64,000 nucleotides of DNA from an uncultured Chroococcidiopsis sp. (GCA_964248365.1 CAXTYC010000001.1:224001-288000), one strand, 5' to 3'. Positions 39,082-50,459 are shown, counted from the first letter of the stretch. The notes: generated by a model from the sequence alone, not told the origin. Numbers and translations are program-made.

Positions 39082-39213
39082 CGCAGTACTGTTAAAAGCA
39101 GCCGCCCAGGTAAGAAATATTTTTCTTTACTTTAGCGTTTACTGCTTTCGAGTGTTACCAATGTGTAAAGCTTGCGCCACTACCTAGAGATGCAATTGCG
39201 CTTTTAGGACAAT

Positions 39214-39489
39214 CTAGGAAATTGTTTGATCAGTGCTAATGGGTAGTGGGCAGCAGTTGACATCATTCAAGCAAACTTTGCCCCATTGTAAAGCCCACCG
39301 CACCAACGATACTCTGTTTTCAGTTGCTGTCTTGGTCAGAATATTACTAATGTGGTTATCGACGGTGCGCTTGCTAATTTCCAATTTTTCTGCTATGTCC
39401 TGATTAGTTAAGCCAGCAGCCACTAGATCAATAATTTGTAGTTCTCGTTCTGACAAAGAAACAGGGGTTTGAGACTCGCCACCAGCCAT
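39214..39489 (-). CDS. pedR: Small LuxR-type redox regulator PedR
   Basis: LuxR HTH plus C-terminal WALQWGKVCLNDVNCC. Confidence 0.88.
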   Translation of the reverse strand: MAGGESQTPVSLSERELQIIDLVAAGLTNQDIAEKLEISKRTVDNHISNILTKTATENRVSLVRWALQWGKVCLNDVNCCPLPISTDQTIS

Positions 39490-39811
39490 GAGGTATTTTT
39501 TCCTTAGTATATCTACTTACTCTCCTTTTCCAATTCTAGAAGATTCTTTCCCTGGTTAACCTTGAACCTTTAAGAAGTCAAATTGCCATTTTTACTTGTC
39601 CAAGCTAACCTGAAGCAATTTTTCTTTCAAAAGGTTGATGCAGAGCCTGTATATATTTTTTCTTACATTTATTTTTTGAAGATAATAATAATTATTTAAT
39701 CGCAATGTTTGAAGGTTTAGGGTAAGTTGTAAAGCTATTAGCTATTAACAGGTGAAAAAACTAAACTCTTTTACACCTGCGACCATCTACTCTTAACAAG
39801 GAAATGCTGTG

Positions 39812-40789
39812 ATGAGCAATCCTCGTGTACTTTGTCTGGGTGAAATTTTGTTCGATCGCTTAGCCGATCAAGTAGGGCTGGCGCGCGAACAAGTCAAATC
39901 TTGGACACCCTATCCAGGGGGCGCACCCGCTAATGTTGCCTGCGCCTGCGTTAAGCTTGGCACAAAGTCTGGTTTTATCGGCTGTCTGGGAGAAGATGAA
40001 GCGGGGGAGGCGCTTTTTCAGCTTTTGCAAACAGAAGGCGTTGATCTAACTGGTGTCCAACGTCATCCTACCGCCCCAACCAGGCAAGTTGACGTTGTTC
40101 GCACCATCGAGGGCGATCGCATCTTTGCCGGATTTACTGGTTATGACACAGATGAATTTGCCGATACACGGCTACAAGCAACTCTGCTACCAGTGCAGTT
40201 ATTTGGCTGGGCAGATTTTCTCGTTTTAGGAACACTCGAACTTGCCTATCCTGATAGTAATGCCGCTGTTCACCGCGCCCTACAACTAGCAGATCAGTAC
40301 GATGTCAAGATTCTACTAGATGTAAACTGGCGACCTGTATTTTGGAGTGATCCCGACAGTGCCATTTCGACTATTCAAGAAATATTGAGAATGGTTGATT
40401 TTCTCAAACTCTCTAAAGAAGAAGCTCAGTTGCTATTTAATACCACCGATCCTGGGGCAATTACTTACCGACTCGATACAGTAGAAGGTGTACTGGTAAC
40501 AGATGGGGAAAATGGCTGCGCTTATTGCCTGTCGGAAAACGAAGGCAGAGTGCCTAGTTTTAGAGTACCAGTTGTAGATACAACTGGGGCGGGAGATAGC
40601 TTCGTGGCTGGGTTCGTTCATCAGCTATGTCAACTTGGTATTCACAGCCTTGCTGATGCCCAAAATGCCAAAAAAGTTGTAACTTATGCGAACGCAGTGG
40701 GAGCATTGACTACATTGCAACCAGGAGCGATCGCAGCTCAACCCACAGCATTCCTTGTTGAAGCTTTTCTAAAGGAAAACGATCAATAA
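39812..40789 (+). CDS. PfkB family carbohydrate kinase (fructokinase-like)
   Basis: PGGAPANVA, DVNWRP, DTTGAGDSF. Confidence 0.9.
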   Translation: MSNPRVLCLGEILFDRLADQVGLAREQVKSWTPYPGGAPANVACACVKLGTKSGFIGCLGEDEAGEALFQLLQTEGVDLTGVQRHPTAPTRQVDVVRTIEGDRIFAGFTGYDTDEFADTRLQATLLPVQLFGWADFLVLGTLELAYPDSNAAVHRALQLADQYDVKILLDVNWRPVFWSDPDSAISTIQEILRMVDFLKLSKEEAQLLFNTTDPGAITYRLDTVEGVLVTDGENGCAYCLSENEGRVPSFRVPVVDTTGAGDSFVAGFVHQLCQLGIHSLADAQNAKKVVTYANAVGALTTLQPGAIAAQPTAFLVEAFLKENDQ

Positions 40790-40799
40790 TTCGCGCATT

Positions 40800-41010
40800 C
40801 GTAATTCGTAATTCGGAAGGCTAGAGGCAAGAGTCCTGAGGCGCTCGTGCGAGAGGATTTTGGATTGAAAGAACTCCCCTGAAAGCCCCAGAAATCACCA
40901 GAAAGCCCCCTAGCCCCAGCGCCCCTTGTTTTCATCCCTAGCCTCTGGTTCCTCTGGTTCCTCTTGCCTGGGGCAACTTGCCCCAGCGCCCCTAGCTATA
41001 GCGCCCCTAC
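40800..41010. repeat. Low-complexity tract of short heptamer/nonamer repeats
   Basis: ATTCGTA, GAAAGCCCC, CCTCTGGTT and GCGCCCCTA units. Confidence 0.55.
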
Positions 41011-41489
41011 CCAGAGCCACTAGAGTTATTCGGGATCTACGCCATTATTTCCCCTCTAGCAGTTCGGATATCCGGTAACTGCTTTGTGACTAGAAGTGTC
41101 ATTATATTACAAGAAGGTAACAACACCGCCTAATGACAATAGAAGTGAATAATTAATCGGGCTTTTAGGCTCAAATCATCCCCCCGACAGACTTTACGAT
41201 TTCTTTGATTAGAATATAATTAAGAAATAAACTCATACTGACTTCATTTTGATCCAGACGACAATATACAGCCTTGCTTTTGAATCTAACTTTGAACTAA
41301 GGCTGGTTCGACGAAAAAGTAATTAATTTGGGCGGTAGGGGAAACATTGCCAATCGATCAACGTCTCTACAACTTCGGTCAGATGTAGTTTCCCCCTTTA
41401 TTCAGTTAATCTCCTGTTAAAGCCAGATCATAATTCCACAGCCGCCCTTTGTAAAGCATTCATTTGTTTACGGAGTAAACGACGCACCA

Positions 41490-42473
41490 ATGCCCACTGC
41501 TAACATCACTACTGACACCACCAATACCAAATTCACGGCTGATATGGTGCGCACTTATTTGCGCGAGATTGGTCGTGTGCCACTGCTAACTCGTGAACAA
41601 GAGATTGTCTATGGAAAGCAGGTGCAACAAATGATGTCGCTGCTGGAAGCCAAAGAAGCTCTGGCTAAGAAGCTGCGCCACGAACCGACTTTGAGTGAGT
41701 GGGCTGCCTCTGTCAAGATGTCAGAAAGCGATTTAGAGCTAACTGTGCATCGGGGGCAGCGAGCTAAGCAAAAGATGATCGAGGCGAATTTGCGTTTAGT
41801 CGTGGCTATTGCCAAGAAGTACCAGAAGCGCAATATGGAATTTTTGGATTTGATCCAAGAAGGTACGATGGGGCTAGAACGCGGAGTAGAGAAATTTGAT
41901 CCCACCAGGGGCTATAAGTTCTCGACTTACGCTTATTGGTGGATTCGGCAAGCGATTACAAGAGCGATCGCCCAGCAAGCCCGTACTATCCGGCTGCCGA
42001 TTCACATCACAGAAAAGCTGAACAAAATCAAGAAAGTGCAGCGAGAACTAGCTCAATCGCTAGGTCGTAGCCCCACATCAGGCGAGATCGCCCAAGCGTT
42101 GGAACTAGAACCATCCCAGATCCGCGAGTATCTCAATCTTGCCCGTCAACCAGTATCTCTGGATGTGCGTGTCGGTGATAACCAAGATACCGAATTGCAA
42201 GATCTACTTGAAGACGAAGGTCTATCCCCAGAGAACTACATGACGCAGGAATCTTTGCGTAATGACTTAGATACTCTGCTAGCTGAACTGACACCCCAAC
42301 AGCGAGAAGTCCTAAATCTGCGCTTTGGTTTAGAGGATGGTAACGAACTATCCCTGGCTAAAGTAGGCGAAAGACTCAACCTCAGCCGTGAACGGGTACG
42401 CCAATTAGAGCATCAAGCTCTAGCACACCTCCGTCGTCGGCGGGCGAATGTGCAGGAGTATATCGCTAGCTAA
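41490..42473 (+). CDS. Group 2 RNA polymerase sigma factor (SigB-like)
   Basis: [51 protein letters not shown]; no region 1.1. Confidence 0.93.
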   Translation: MPTANITTDTTNTKFTADMVRTYLREIGRVPLLTREQEIVYGKQVQQMMSLLEAKEALAKKLRHEPTLSEWAASVKMSESDLELTVHRGQRAKQKMIEANLRLVVAIAKKYQKRNMEFLDLIQEGTMGLERGVEKFDPTRGYKFSTYAYWWIRQAITRAIAQQARTIRLPIHITEKLNKIKKVQRELAQSLGRSPTSGEIAQALELEPSQIREYLNLARQPVSLDVRVGDNQDTELQDLLEDEGLSPENYMTQESLRNDLDTLLAELTPQQREVLNLRFGLEDGNELSLAKVGERLNLSRERVRQLEHQALAHLRRRRANVQEYIAS

Positions 42474-42668
42474 TCTTTGTCATGTAGGCATTGCCCACCT
42501 TACGAGCCAAACTAGCCCAAAAATTCCCACCTTATAAATAATTAGTCAATAACACTGAAGCGCTTCGTCTGCCTTGTAATTTACAATTGTTTATAGGTGG
42601 TGAGGAATTTCTAATACATAACCTATTGGTGGAGTTTGAATACTCCCGCATTCATCCATAGCAAAAAC

Positions 42669-42696
42669 GCCTCCTACATTTAGGAGGTATTTTTTT
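42669..42696 (+). terminator. Rho-independent terminator
   Basis: GCCTCCTA-CATT-TAGGAGGT followed by a T-run. Confidence 0.7.
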
Positions 42697-42706
42697 GCTA
42701 TCTCTT

Positions 42707-42783
42707 CAGGACTTAAGCAGCCAGTCCCCCTTTAAAAAGGGTGTTAGGGGGATCGAGATCCTATTTTTAGTGCGTAACTCCTG
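42707..42783. repeat. Small MITE/REP-like element with GACTTA(A/C)GCA...TGCGTAA(C/G)TCC ends
   Basis: CAGGACTTAAGCA...TGCGTAACTCCTG enclosing a TCCCCCT...AGGGGGA hairpin; related ends at 54062-54100. Confidence 0.6.
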
Positions 42784-43024
42784 CCCTTTTCTAGACTCAA
42801 CCTTCCTGGTTGAAATCAGGGTTTGTTTCTAGACATTCGCTGCTTAACAAGTAACTAGGAGTGAGGAAGAAGCTGGAAATGATTCTTAACAGGCAATTAT
42901 TACCAACTAGCAAGCAAAGTCTCACCTTTGAAGGAATAGTAAACTGTAACCGCTTAATTATTATTTTAATTAATACATTAGTCGGTTGGTTTAAGTATCA
43001 CTGATTTAAAAGAGGAATATAAAA

Positions 43025-43612
43025 ATGCCTAAGCTTATTAGTAAGTTATGTTTACCCCAGTGGCACTGTTTTGAATTCACCCTAGCTAGCTTACTGTTAG
43101 TAACAAGCATCAGTAATGCTGAAGCTAAACCTACTATAACTAAAGATTTAAAATCTACAAGCTGGAATAATATATCATTGTTATCTACAAATAGCAATAC
43201 CCTTTTGAAAGGAAAACTACCAGAAAAAGACGGGCTTTATTTATATGGTCAGTCGCCAGAACCCGATCAAATTGGACAAGAATATATAGTGTTTGAAGTG
43301 CGACAGAGTAAAGTAACTGGTGCATTTTATCTGCCTTCTTCCGAGTTTAGTTGTTTCCAAGGATCGCTGAGTGCAGGAAAATTAAATTTAACAATTGCTA
43401 ATAATTCTGACTCAAATTCTGATTCCGATTCGATTGCCGACGCTCAAAACTCTGCCCAAGTAGCTACGGCTAGTAACACGCAACTTGGAGATCAATATGG
43501 GCAAATGTCATCGAGCTATTGGGTTGCATTACAAAACTATCATCAAATATCATCAATCAGCGCTAATGACAAGCAGATTTTGGCAGCTTGTAAAAATAAT
43601 TATCAAGAGTGA
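43025..43612 (+). CDS. Secreted conserved cyanobacterial hypothetical protein
   Basis: Signal peptide; DGLYLYGQSPEPDQIGQEYIVFEV...GAFYLPSSEFSCF; C-terminal ILAAC. Confidence 0.75.
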   Translation: MPKLISKLCLPQWHCFEFTLASLLLVTSISNAEAKPTITKDLKSTSWNNISLLSTNSNTLLKGKLPEKDGLYLYGQSPEPDQIGQEYIVFEVRQSKVTGAFYLPSSEFSCFQGSLSAGKLNLTIANNSDSNSDSDSIADAQNSAQVATASNTQLGDQYGQMSSSYWVALQNYHQISSISANDKQILAACKNNYQE

Positions 43613-43671
43613 AAGTGTTAGGAAGTTGGTAATTTGTTAAGTTTAAACGAGGCGGAGCCTCTATTTTCTCG

Positions 43672-44088
43672 TTACCTGCGAAAGCGTAGTAACGAAGCTG
43701 AAATAGTTTGCCACCCATGCCCACCAAAGACGATTGTTTCTCGTTCCTCACCGACAAATTGACCGGAGTTACGCAGCGATTGAATCAAACCACCTAGCTT
43801 TTGATCTAAATCCGCAACCGCAGACAGGACAGTATCACCACTTGCTTTGTGTTTGAAATAGCAGATGATTTGCAACTGTGTTGGTTGGTTGTAAGGCGCT
43901 ACTTCCTTAACACTAATCTTGAGGTTGTTGGCAGCTATAAACGATTGCTGTAGGGGTTGCGTTTGAGTAGCCTGTGATGATGCAGCACTCTGGGCGGTGA
44001 CGCGCTGCGAAAAGATGGGCGTTGCTTGAGTTATGCCCAAAGCAGCGATCGACAATGATACCAAAGACAACTGCTTAATAACTTTCAT
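43672..44088 (-). pseudogene. Secreted peptidase M17 N-terminal-like protein, apparently truncated at the 3' end
   Basis: GGAGG RBS, signal peptide, LDQKLGGLIQSLRNSGQFVGEERETI, then an abrupt unrelated tail. Confidence 0.5.
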
Positions 44089-44331
44089 CGAAACCTCCAA
44101 AATCAATAGACTTCTTGCACTCTTCGCGGGAAAAGGTTAAAGGAAAAGCGGAAAGTGGGGGTGTTTTTAGCGAAAAGTTGGGGGGTTTTTAGCAAGGGGT
44201 CTCCCCGCCTGCCCCCCATCCCCAGAGAAAACCCCATGCCCCCCCCAAGCGAGTCAAGACAGAGACTCTGTTTCCCCCTCTCCCCCAACTTTTCAAGAGA
44301 AGGGAAGAGGGTAGAAATAATAGCTAACAGC

Positions 44332-45006
44332 TTAATATTCGATTCCTGGTTGTGCTTTTACACCTTGTTCGCGGAAGGGGTGCTTAATTAAAGTCATTTC
44401 GGTTACTAAATCAGCTCGTTCAATTAAAGCAGCAGGTGCGCCTCTACCTGTGAGAATAACGTGAGAATCTGCTGGCTTTTGTTCTAGTCGAACTAAAACA
44501 TCATTCACTTCTAAATAGCCAAGTTTGAGGGCGACATTGATTTCATCTAACAGCACCAGCTTGAAATCTGGGTTACGGATATACTCTAAGGCTTTTTGCC
44601 AAGCTTCGTTAGCTTTTTGGATATCTCGCTCTCTATCTTGGGTTTCCCAAGTGAAGCCTTCACCCATAGCTAGAAATTCTAGCTGGGATGACCAGTGACT
44701 CAGTACGGCTTTCTCGGCTGGTTCCCAAGCTCCTTTGATGAATTGGACGATCGCCACTCGATATCCATGACCGAGCGATCGCATTACCATACCTAAAGCT
44801 GCTGTAGTTTTGCCTTTGCCATTACCTGTATTAACAATAATTAAGCCTTTTTCTTGCGAAGCTTTAGTAACGCGCTCTTGCTGCACTTCCTTACGCCGCT
44901 GCATCTTTTGGCGATACTGTTCTGAGCTAAGGGAGGATGACTCCGAGACGGCTACATCACTGGTAGTTTCTAAGTCGTTCGAGTTGGGATAGGAATTAGT
45001 TTTCAT
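44332..45006 (-). CDS. cobO: Cob(I)alamin adenosyltransferase
   Basis: TGNGKGKTTAA, QFIKG, GEGFTW, LDEIN, LTGRGA, KHPF...GIEY. Confidence 0.96.
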   Translation of the reverse strand: MKTNSYPNSNDLETTSDVAVSESSSLSSEQYRQKMQRRKEVQQERVTKASQEKGLIIVNTGNGKGKTTAALGMVMRSLGHGYRVAIVQFIKGAWEPAEKAVLSHWSSQLEFLAMGEGFTWETQDRERDIQKANEAWQKALEYIRNPDFKLVLLDEINVALKLGYLEVNDVLVRLEQKPADSHVILTGRGAPAALIERADLVTEMTLIKHPFREQGVKAQPGIEY

Positions 45007-45119
45007 CAAGCGGAGAAAAGACAACAATAAGAGCCATATTCTATTAGCATACTTTTGATGACTCCCCACTCGTTACCCCAGACAATTCAAAAGCCAGCAA
45101 CGCTTGCCACTTAAACACC

Positions 45120-45191
45120 AGACTTCTTGCATCAGGAGCTTAGCGCGCTCCTTTTTGCGTCCTGACTTTGCGCGAAACAAAAAAAAGACGA
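45120..45191. repeat. Dispersed repeat, short form (sister copy at 2286-2420)
   Basis: Three near-identical sequence blocks shared with the 2286 copy. Confidence 0.8.
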
Positions 45192-45243
45192 AAACAAAAC
45201 CCTGAAACCGTTGCTGGTTCCAGGGCTTGCTATATTTTTGCTT

Positions 45244-45320
<77 letters not shown>

Positions 45321-45361
45321 TCAACTTTTCAAGTATAACAGCAAAAGTATTAAATTGACAA

Positions 45362-46315
45362 CTACAACATTGATAATTCTCCCATTACCTCTAGGCGCTT
45401 GAATTTACCCAATTCCATAAAAGTCTCAGCCAAGGTTTCAGCAACCGAAGGACTAATCCAACCCATTTGCTTCAACAGGTGAATAGCAACGGCGTATTTA
45501 GCTCGTTTGGCTCCATCCATCACTTTAATTGCCAAACCCATGCCTTCGCCCACTCTGCCAATGCACTCTACTCCTTCTGCTCCTGCTTTACTTACTAGCT
45601 CTCCTTGGGTTAAACGCATCAGTTCGGTATCAAATTGCCCATCCCCTGCTACCAAGGTTGGGTGGTAGATCATGGCGCGTAAGATCCGCTCCATATCCAA
45701 ATTACTTCCAGAGGCTAGCTGAGCATACAAGGATGCCATTTGCCCTAGTTGCATGAAATAGGTGGGAGCGCCACAATCATCATGAGCGCAGATAAATTCA
45801 TCTGCTGGCATTCGTAGCATCTCTGCTACTTTGCCTAAAATCAGTTGTTGAACTGGGTGGTTGCGCTGTAAGTAATTATGTAAAGACCAATTGCGTTGAC
45901 GACAGACAGCCAGCATCCCTGCGTGTTTGCCAGAGCAATTGTATTCCAAGGGACTGCGCTTACCTTCAGGGATTGGACATTGCAGTATCGAAGGATCAAT
46001 ATCAGCTCGCCAAAGAATGTTAAATACCTGCCGTACTTGCTCAACTTTACCTTGATGGGAGCTACAAATAATCGCTAAATCGCGATCGCTCAAATCGTAG
46101 CGTTCGAGCGTTCCACTAGTGGTGACACCCAATGCCTGAAACGGCTTGAGTGCAGAACGAACAAATGTAGCTGTTTCTGCGTTTCCAGCAACGGACAAAA
46201 CCCGTCCCCTGTCGTCACATACTACAGCCTGGACTTGATGCTTTGATTCAACGATACCTTCGCGCAGCAACCTGACTTCGAGTTCTGCGGCTTGAGTTCT
46301 TTTTCCCCTTGTCAT
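45362..46315 (-). CDS. L-asparaginase II family protein
   Basis: RSALKPFQA, SSHQG, NCSGKHAG, DDCGAP, KAGAEG, KVMDG. Confidence 0.9.
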   Translation of the reverse strand: MTRGKRTQAAELEVRLLREGIVESKHQVQAVVCDDRGRVLSVAGNAETATFVRSALKPFQALGVTTSGTLERYDLSDRDLAIICSSHQGKVEQVRQVFNILWRADIDPSILQCPIPEGKRSPLEYNCSGKHAGMLAVCRQRNWSLHNYLQRNHPVQQLILGKVAEMLRMPADEFICAHDDCGAPTYFMQLGQMASLYAQLASGSNLDMERILRAMIYHPTLVAGDGQFDTELMRLTQGELVSKAGAEGVECIGRVGEGMGLAIKVMDGAKRAKYAVAIHLLKQMGWISPSVAETLAETFMELGKFKRLEVMGELSML

Positions 46316-46523
46316 GGGTTAGACTTTATCACCTTTTTGTCATTTATTATTTGTCAATAAAAGCGATTAGCGATTAGCGATTAGCGAGTAGCTGTTAAGA
46401 GTCAACACTCAAGAGTCATTTGTCATTAGCTAAAGGACAAATAACAAACAGCGCGCGGATCGCGCAGGCTAATAGCTAATTGCTTTTAACTGTGTTAAAC
46501 CCTTGCTACAACTACTAACGCAA

Positions 46524-47024
46524 TCACAAAAAATTCCAAACTATGCCACCTGTGAGGAGCAATAAAGCTAGTAATCCTAAAGTTATTTGCAGCCGCTTGA
46601 GATAGGGTTTGACTTGGTAGTTGACAATTAGGCGATCGCGTGTTAAGAGTTCTTGTGGCTTAGTCCAATTTTGACCGTCATACCAGCCAGTCTCTTCGTA
46701 AAAGATGGTGGGACTGATCAGGCGATCGCGTACATAAGACCAACCTAAATACAGTCTGACGAGGGCTAAACTCAACCCTAAACTAGCTCCTGCTGCACCA
46801 CAAAGGAGGAACTGAGCTAGTTGTTTACCAGGAGCAAAACTTGCCGCCGCCACAGGTCCTGCTACTATCCACCATAGAACCCAAATCCAACCGATTTTCG
46901 TGCTATACTCGCGCAGATCTAAAGTTGCTGTCCGAAAAAAACCCGATGATTTTAACTGTTCGTACTCATTGAGTGGTTGTTGTTCAGCGGGAACAGGGCA
47001 AACAGAAACTGAGGACTCCATCAT
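46524..47024 (-). CDS. ycf36: CGLD27 / Ycf36 (DUF1230) membrane protein
   Basis: [32 protein letters not shown]. Confidence 0.88.
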   Translation of the reverse strand: MMESSVSVCPVPAEQQPLNEYEQLKSSGFFRTATLDLREYSTKIGWIWVLWWIVAGPVAAASFAPGKQLAQFLLCGAAGASLGLSLALVRLYLGWSYVRDRLISPTIFYEETGWYDGQNWTKPQELLTRDRLIVNYQVKPYLKRLQITLGLLALLLLTGGIVWNFL

Positions 47025-47476
47025 GTTGTTATTCTCCCATCGCCTTGGGCGGCTGGAAACTCTACTCGTTCTGCATGACCCCAAAACGCTTCTAAGTTGT
47101 AAAACTCGCGTTCTGTGGGCATCATGATGTGAACCAACACATCACCATAGTCCTGTAGCACCCAAGTTCCCTCATTTTTTCCTTCTGTCCGCAATGGACG
47201 ACGGTGGCATTCTTCTTCTACCTTTTGTTCTATGGCTTGGGTGATTGCCCTTACCTGCACTCTAGAATAGCCTGTCATCAGCACAAAGTATTCAGCCAGG
47301 TAAGACACCTCTGCTACGTGCAGCAATCTAATATCACCCGCTTTGCGGTCTGCACCTGCTTGGGCAACTGTTAGAGCTAATTGTTTACTTTCCTGTGAAC
47401 CAGAAGCAGCAAAATTAGCTTTGTTGGATGTAACGACAGATTGAGAGAGTGAATTGGCTAGGGGATAATCAGACAT
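47021..47476 (-). CDS. rsfS: Ribosome silencing factor
   Basis: [31 protein letters not shown]. Confidence 0.95.
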   Translation of the reverse strand: MSDYPLANSLSQSVVTSNKANFAASGSQESKQLALTVAQAGADRKAGDIRLLHVAEVSYLAEYFVLMTGYSRVQVRAITQAIEQKVEEECHRRPLRTEGKNEGTWVLQDYGDVLVHIMMPTEREFYNLEAFWGHAERVEFPAAQGDGRITT

Positions 47477-47594
47477 TAAACCTCATTTGTTTTATCTATA
47501 TGTAATTATTGTCAACTTGCTGAAGATATGCCATCAACTTTAATTCAAATTATGAATTCAAATCATTTTTTGGATATTAAGGAATATTTATTTT

Positions 47595-48230
47595 TTATGC
47601 ATTTTGTTGCATCTGTGGCTGCTTGTTCTTCACACTTTGGAGAAACCAATTCCGAGTTGCTATTGTGCGCAGGTGAATCAAACAATGGGTTTCTAGTAAG
47701 AATTTTAGAGAATAATCACAAGTGCGCCACACGGCTTGATGTAAATTTTGATAGCTCAGTTGTCGTAAAGCTTGTAATTCGGGTGTATCGCCGCGCCCAG
47801 GCTCTATGCTATCTGCTATGAAAACGATACAGCACAGTTTACTCATGCCTGGTCTGCCTAAAGTATGATTGGCGATCGCTTGCAATACTTCTTCATCCTT
47901 CACCCCGAATGTGTCTCTTGCAACAATCGCACTTACATCGGCGTGTAACAAATGAGGATGAGCAAGACTTATAGGATCTATTTCTAATCCCTCTACCCGT
48001 GCCATTTCTAGCAGAATATTTGGCTTGAAGTATTTGGCTAAATCGTGCATCAAGCCAGCTATTGCTGCTTTTTCTACATCAACGTTGTGATGGGAGGCTA
48101 ACTCTACTGCCATCTGCTCAACTCTAAGTATATGGTCGAGTCGGAGTGGTGGTACGTGTTCGGCTAGCCAGGTTAACACCTGTTCACGCTCGATGTTGTT
48201 GTACTTCAAGCTGGGTGAGAAATTTAGCAC
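47595..48230 (-). CDS. yqeK: HD-family Ap4A hydrolase YqeK (start uncertain)
   Basis: RLDHILRV, MHDLAK, LLHADVSA, NHTLG, ADSIEPGR; adjacent to rsfS. Confidence 0.88.
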   Translation of the reverse strand: MLNFSPSLKYNNIEREQVLTWLAEHVPPLRLDHILRVEQMAVELASHHNVDVEKAAIAGLMHDLAKYFKPNILLEMARVEGLEIDPISLAHPHLLHADVSAIVARDTFGVKDEEVLQAIANHTLGRPGMSKLCCIVFIADSIEPGRGDTPELQALRQLSYQNLHQAVWRTCDYSLKFLLETHCLIHLRTIATRNWFLQSVKNKQPQMQQNA

Positions 48231-48535
48231 AATAGTAGTCTAATTGAGGATAAATTCCTACTGCTATTGTAGCGAAAGCGCAATCAAAGGAGCGAGGGAT
48301 GACTCTTGAGGGGCGAGTGAAGGTAGAAGTGTGAAGGTAGAAGTGTGAAGTATGAAGGAAACCCACGAAGAGCGACACTCGTCTTGGAGATCAGAATATT
48401 TAATTCTTTCCCGAGTCCCTTCAAACTTTATCCTTTATCCTTCATCCTTCTCCTAACTTCTGTCTTTTAGTTTAGTCAAAATAGAATTAACAGCCTAGAA
48501 CAAATTAGATACCATCGAGCGATCGCAACCGTTCC

Positions 48536-49333
48536 ATGACCGCCAAAAATACCCAACAGCCTACCGCACGATTAATTGAAGTCTTTTCTGCCATTCAAGG
48601 GGAAGGACTAAACGTGGGTACGCGCCAAATATTCATCCGTTTCGCCTTGTGCGATTTGCGCTGTCATTTTTGCGATAGCGCCCATACTTGGAGTGTACCA
48701 ACCACTTGTCGAGTCGAGCGAAGTCCTGGATTACGTGACTTTGAAATTCACTCCAACCCTGTACCACTAAATGTGTTACTTGAATGGGTGGAGCGGCAAA
48801 ATCTACCAGGCTTACACGACAGCATCAGTCTCACAGGCGGTGAACCACTCCTTCACGCCCCTTTCTTGATGAAATTCTTACCCCAGATCCGTCATTCAAC
48901 TGGACTACCTATTTATCTGGAAACTGGCGGTCATCGTCCAGAACAACTATTGATGATTTTACCCTACCTAGATGCTGTAGGCATGGATTTGAAGCTACCT
49001 AGCGTCAGTGGTGAAAATCGATTTCCAGAACACGCAGAATTTCTCCAGGGTTGTTATAGTGCATCAGTCAATGTTTTTGTCAAGCTAATTGTTTCTAGCC
49101 AAACTGATCCCAACCAGTTGGAACGCGCTGCCCAATTAGTAGCAGCAGTCAGCCCCGAAATTCCAGTATTTTTGCAACCAGTCACACCATTATCACCATC
49201 CCAGGAGTTTGGTGGAATACCAGTACTAGCACCAACTCCCGATCAAGTGTTAACTTGGCAAGCAGCAATGAAGCGGAAGCTCAAGCAAGTCCGTGTAGTG
49301 CCACAAACTCACAAGATGCTCAACCAACTTTGA
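48536..49333 (+). CDS. queE: 7-carboxy-7-deazaguanine synthase (radical SAM)
   Basis: SAIQGEG, CDLRCHFCD, TGGEPL, LQP, PQTHK. Confidence 0.9.
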   Translation: MTAKNTQQPTARLIEVFSAIQGEGLNVGTRQIFIRFALCDLRCHFCDSAHTWSVPTTCRVERSPGLRDFEIHSNPVPLNVLLEWVERQNLPGLHDSISLTGGEPLLHAPFLMKFLPQIRHSTGLPIYLETGGHRPEQLLMILPYLDAVGMDLKLPSVSGENRFPEHAEFLQGCYSASVNVFVKLIVSSQTDPNQLERAAQLVAAVSPEIPVFLQPVTPLSPSQEFGGIPVLAPTPDQVLTWQAAMKRKLKQVRVVPQTHKMLNQL

Positions 49334-49423
49334 AACCTACCTATAACTAATGCCTAGTGCCTTCTAATCCTTCTGATGATTAATTGGTAATTGGTAATTG
49401 GTATTTTCCCTACTCCCGAATTG

Positions 49424-49488
49424 GATACGGGCGGGTTGATCAGACATACTTGTGAACCTTCAGATAACTCGTTTAAACCCGCCCCTAC
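49424..49488. repeat. REPIN with a degenerate left arm
   Basis: GATACGGGCGGGTT...AAACCCGCCCCTAC. Confidence 0.8.
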
Positions 49489-49523
49489 CTACTTGCTTAC
49501 CTATTACCAATCACCGCTTTCCA

Positions 49524-50171
49524 TTACATATCATCCTGCACAGACGACGATTTTGATTTCGCTTTTGCCTTAGCTGCACTGCGTTTGAGGGCTGCTAGTC
49601 GCGCTTCGTATTTCGACCGTTGGCGTTTGTTGGGGCTTTGTTCAATCAAGGTTTTCAAGGCACTGCCAAGACTTTTGTAGGCGTTGGGGAGAGTGTAACC
49701 AAAGCGAGTAGCCAAGGCGAGTGCTTTGTCGTCTGCCTCAATTGCTGCTTTGATCTGCTTTTCCCCATTATTCTTTTGATACAGCCGATAGCCTGAAACT
49801 CCACACAATCCCAGCGCCAAGATCAACAGCAACCCATCCTGTACCCACAGTTCGCCTACAGCACCGCCCAAACCAATTGCTAGTGCCGCCATTTCCCAAC
49901 CATCTTTGGGAATAGTGTCATTTTGAATACGGGCGACTTCGTGCCAGAATAGCAAATTTCGCTGATCGAGTGCCAGCGTATCCCATTTAATTAAGTCGAT
50001 TTGGATTTCTATCTGTTCGCTACCAACTTCTTCGCAGCGGATCAGGGGAGGATTTACCTCTGTTGTGCCTTCTACTGTAACCCAGCTTTGCAGTTCTGGC
50101 GGTAGTAAGCCTTTCAACCGCCGCAATTCACTCATTTCGGCTCTAGCAGAGGAGGTTGCATAGGATGTCAT
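49524..50171 (-). CDS. DUF3318 family protein
   Basis: ELRRLKGLLPPELQSW, DQRNLLFWHEVARIQ, two TMs. Confidence 0.8.
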   Translation of the reverse strand: MTSYATSSARAEMSELRRLKGLLPPELQSWVTVEGTTEVNPPLIRCEEVGSEQIEIQIDLIKWDTLALDQRNLLFWHEVARIQNDTIPKDGWEMAALAIGLGGAVGELWVQDGLLLILALGLCGVSGYRLYQKNNGEKQIKAAIEADDKALALATRFGYTLPNAYKSLGSALKTLIEQSPNKRQRSKYEARLAALKRSAAKAKAKSKSSSVQDDM

Positions 50172-50341
50172 AAATCTGATTCCAACTCTTTTCAAATAAT
50201 GCTTCTATCTCTGATCTTGGAGTATAGCGAATAGAGTTGCCAGTATTTTGGGAATACTTAGTACAGACAGCCGTTGATGCTTACCCTTAGAGATGATCGT
50301 GAATTGTAATACACCGTATTTATGCGTTTATGACAAGTTTT

Positions 50342-50459
50342 GTAGCTAAGGATTTTGCAATATGTTTGGTTTCTCCACAGAAATTTCTGTAAAGCAGTAG
50401 CTAAGGGTTTTGCAATATATTTCGTTTCTCCACAGAAATTTCTATAAACCCGCCCCTAC
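50342..50459. repeat. Tandemly duplicated degenerate REPIN
   Basis: GTAGCTAAGG(A/G)TTTTGCAATAT...TTTCTCCACAGAAATTTCT occurs twice (55-bp period); the second copy ends AAACCCGCCCCTAC. Confidence 0.85.

Noticed and set aside
44105..44300. G/C-run-rich segment with two opposing short ORFs
   Set aside because: Low-complexity sequence following an AGACTTCTTGCA repeat end; no protein-family signal
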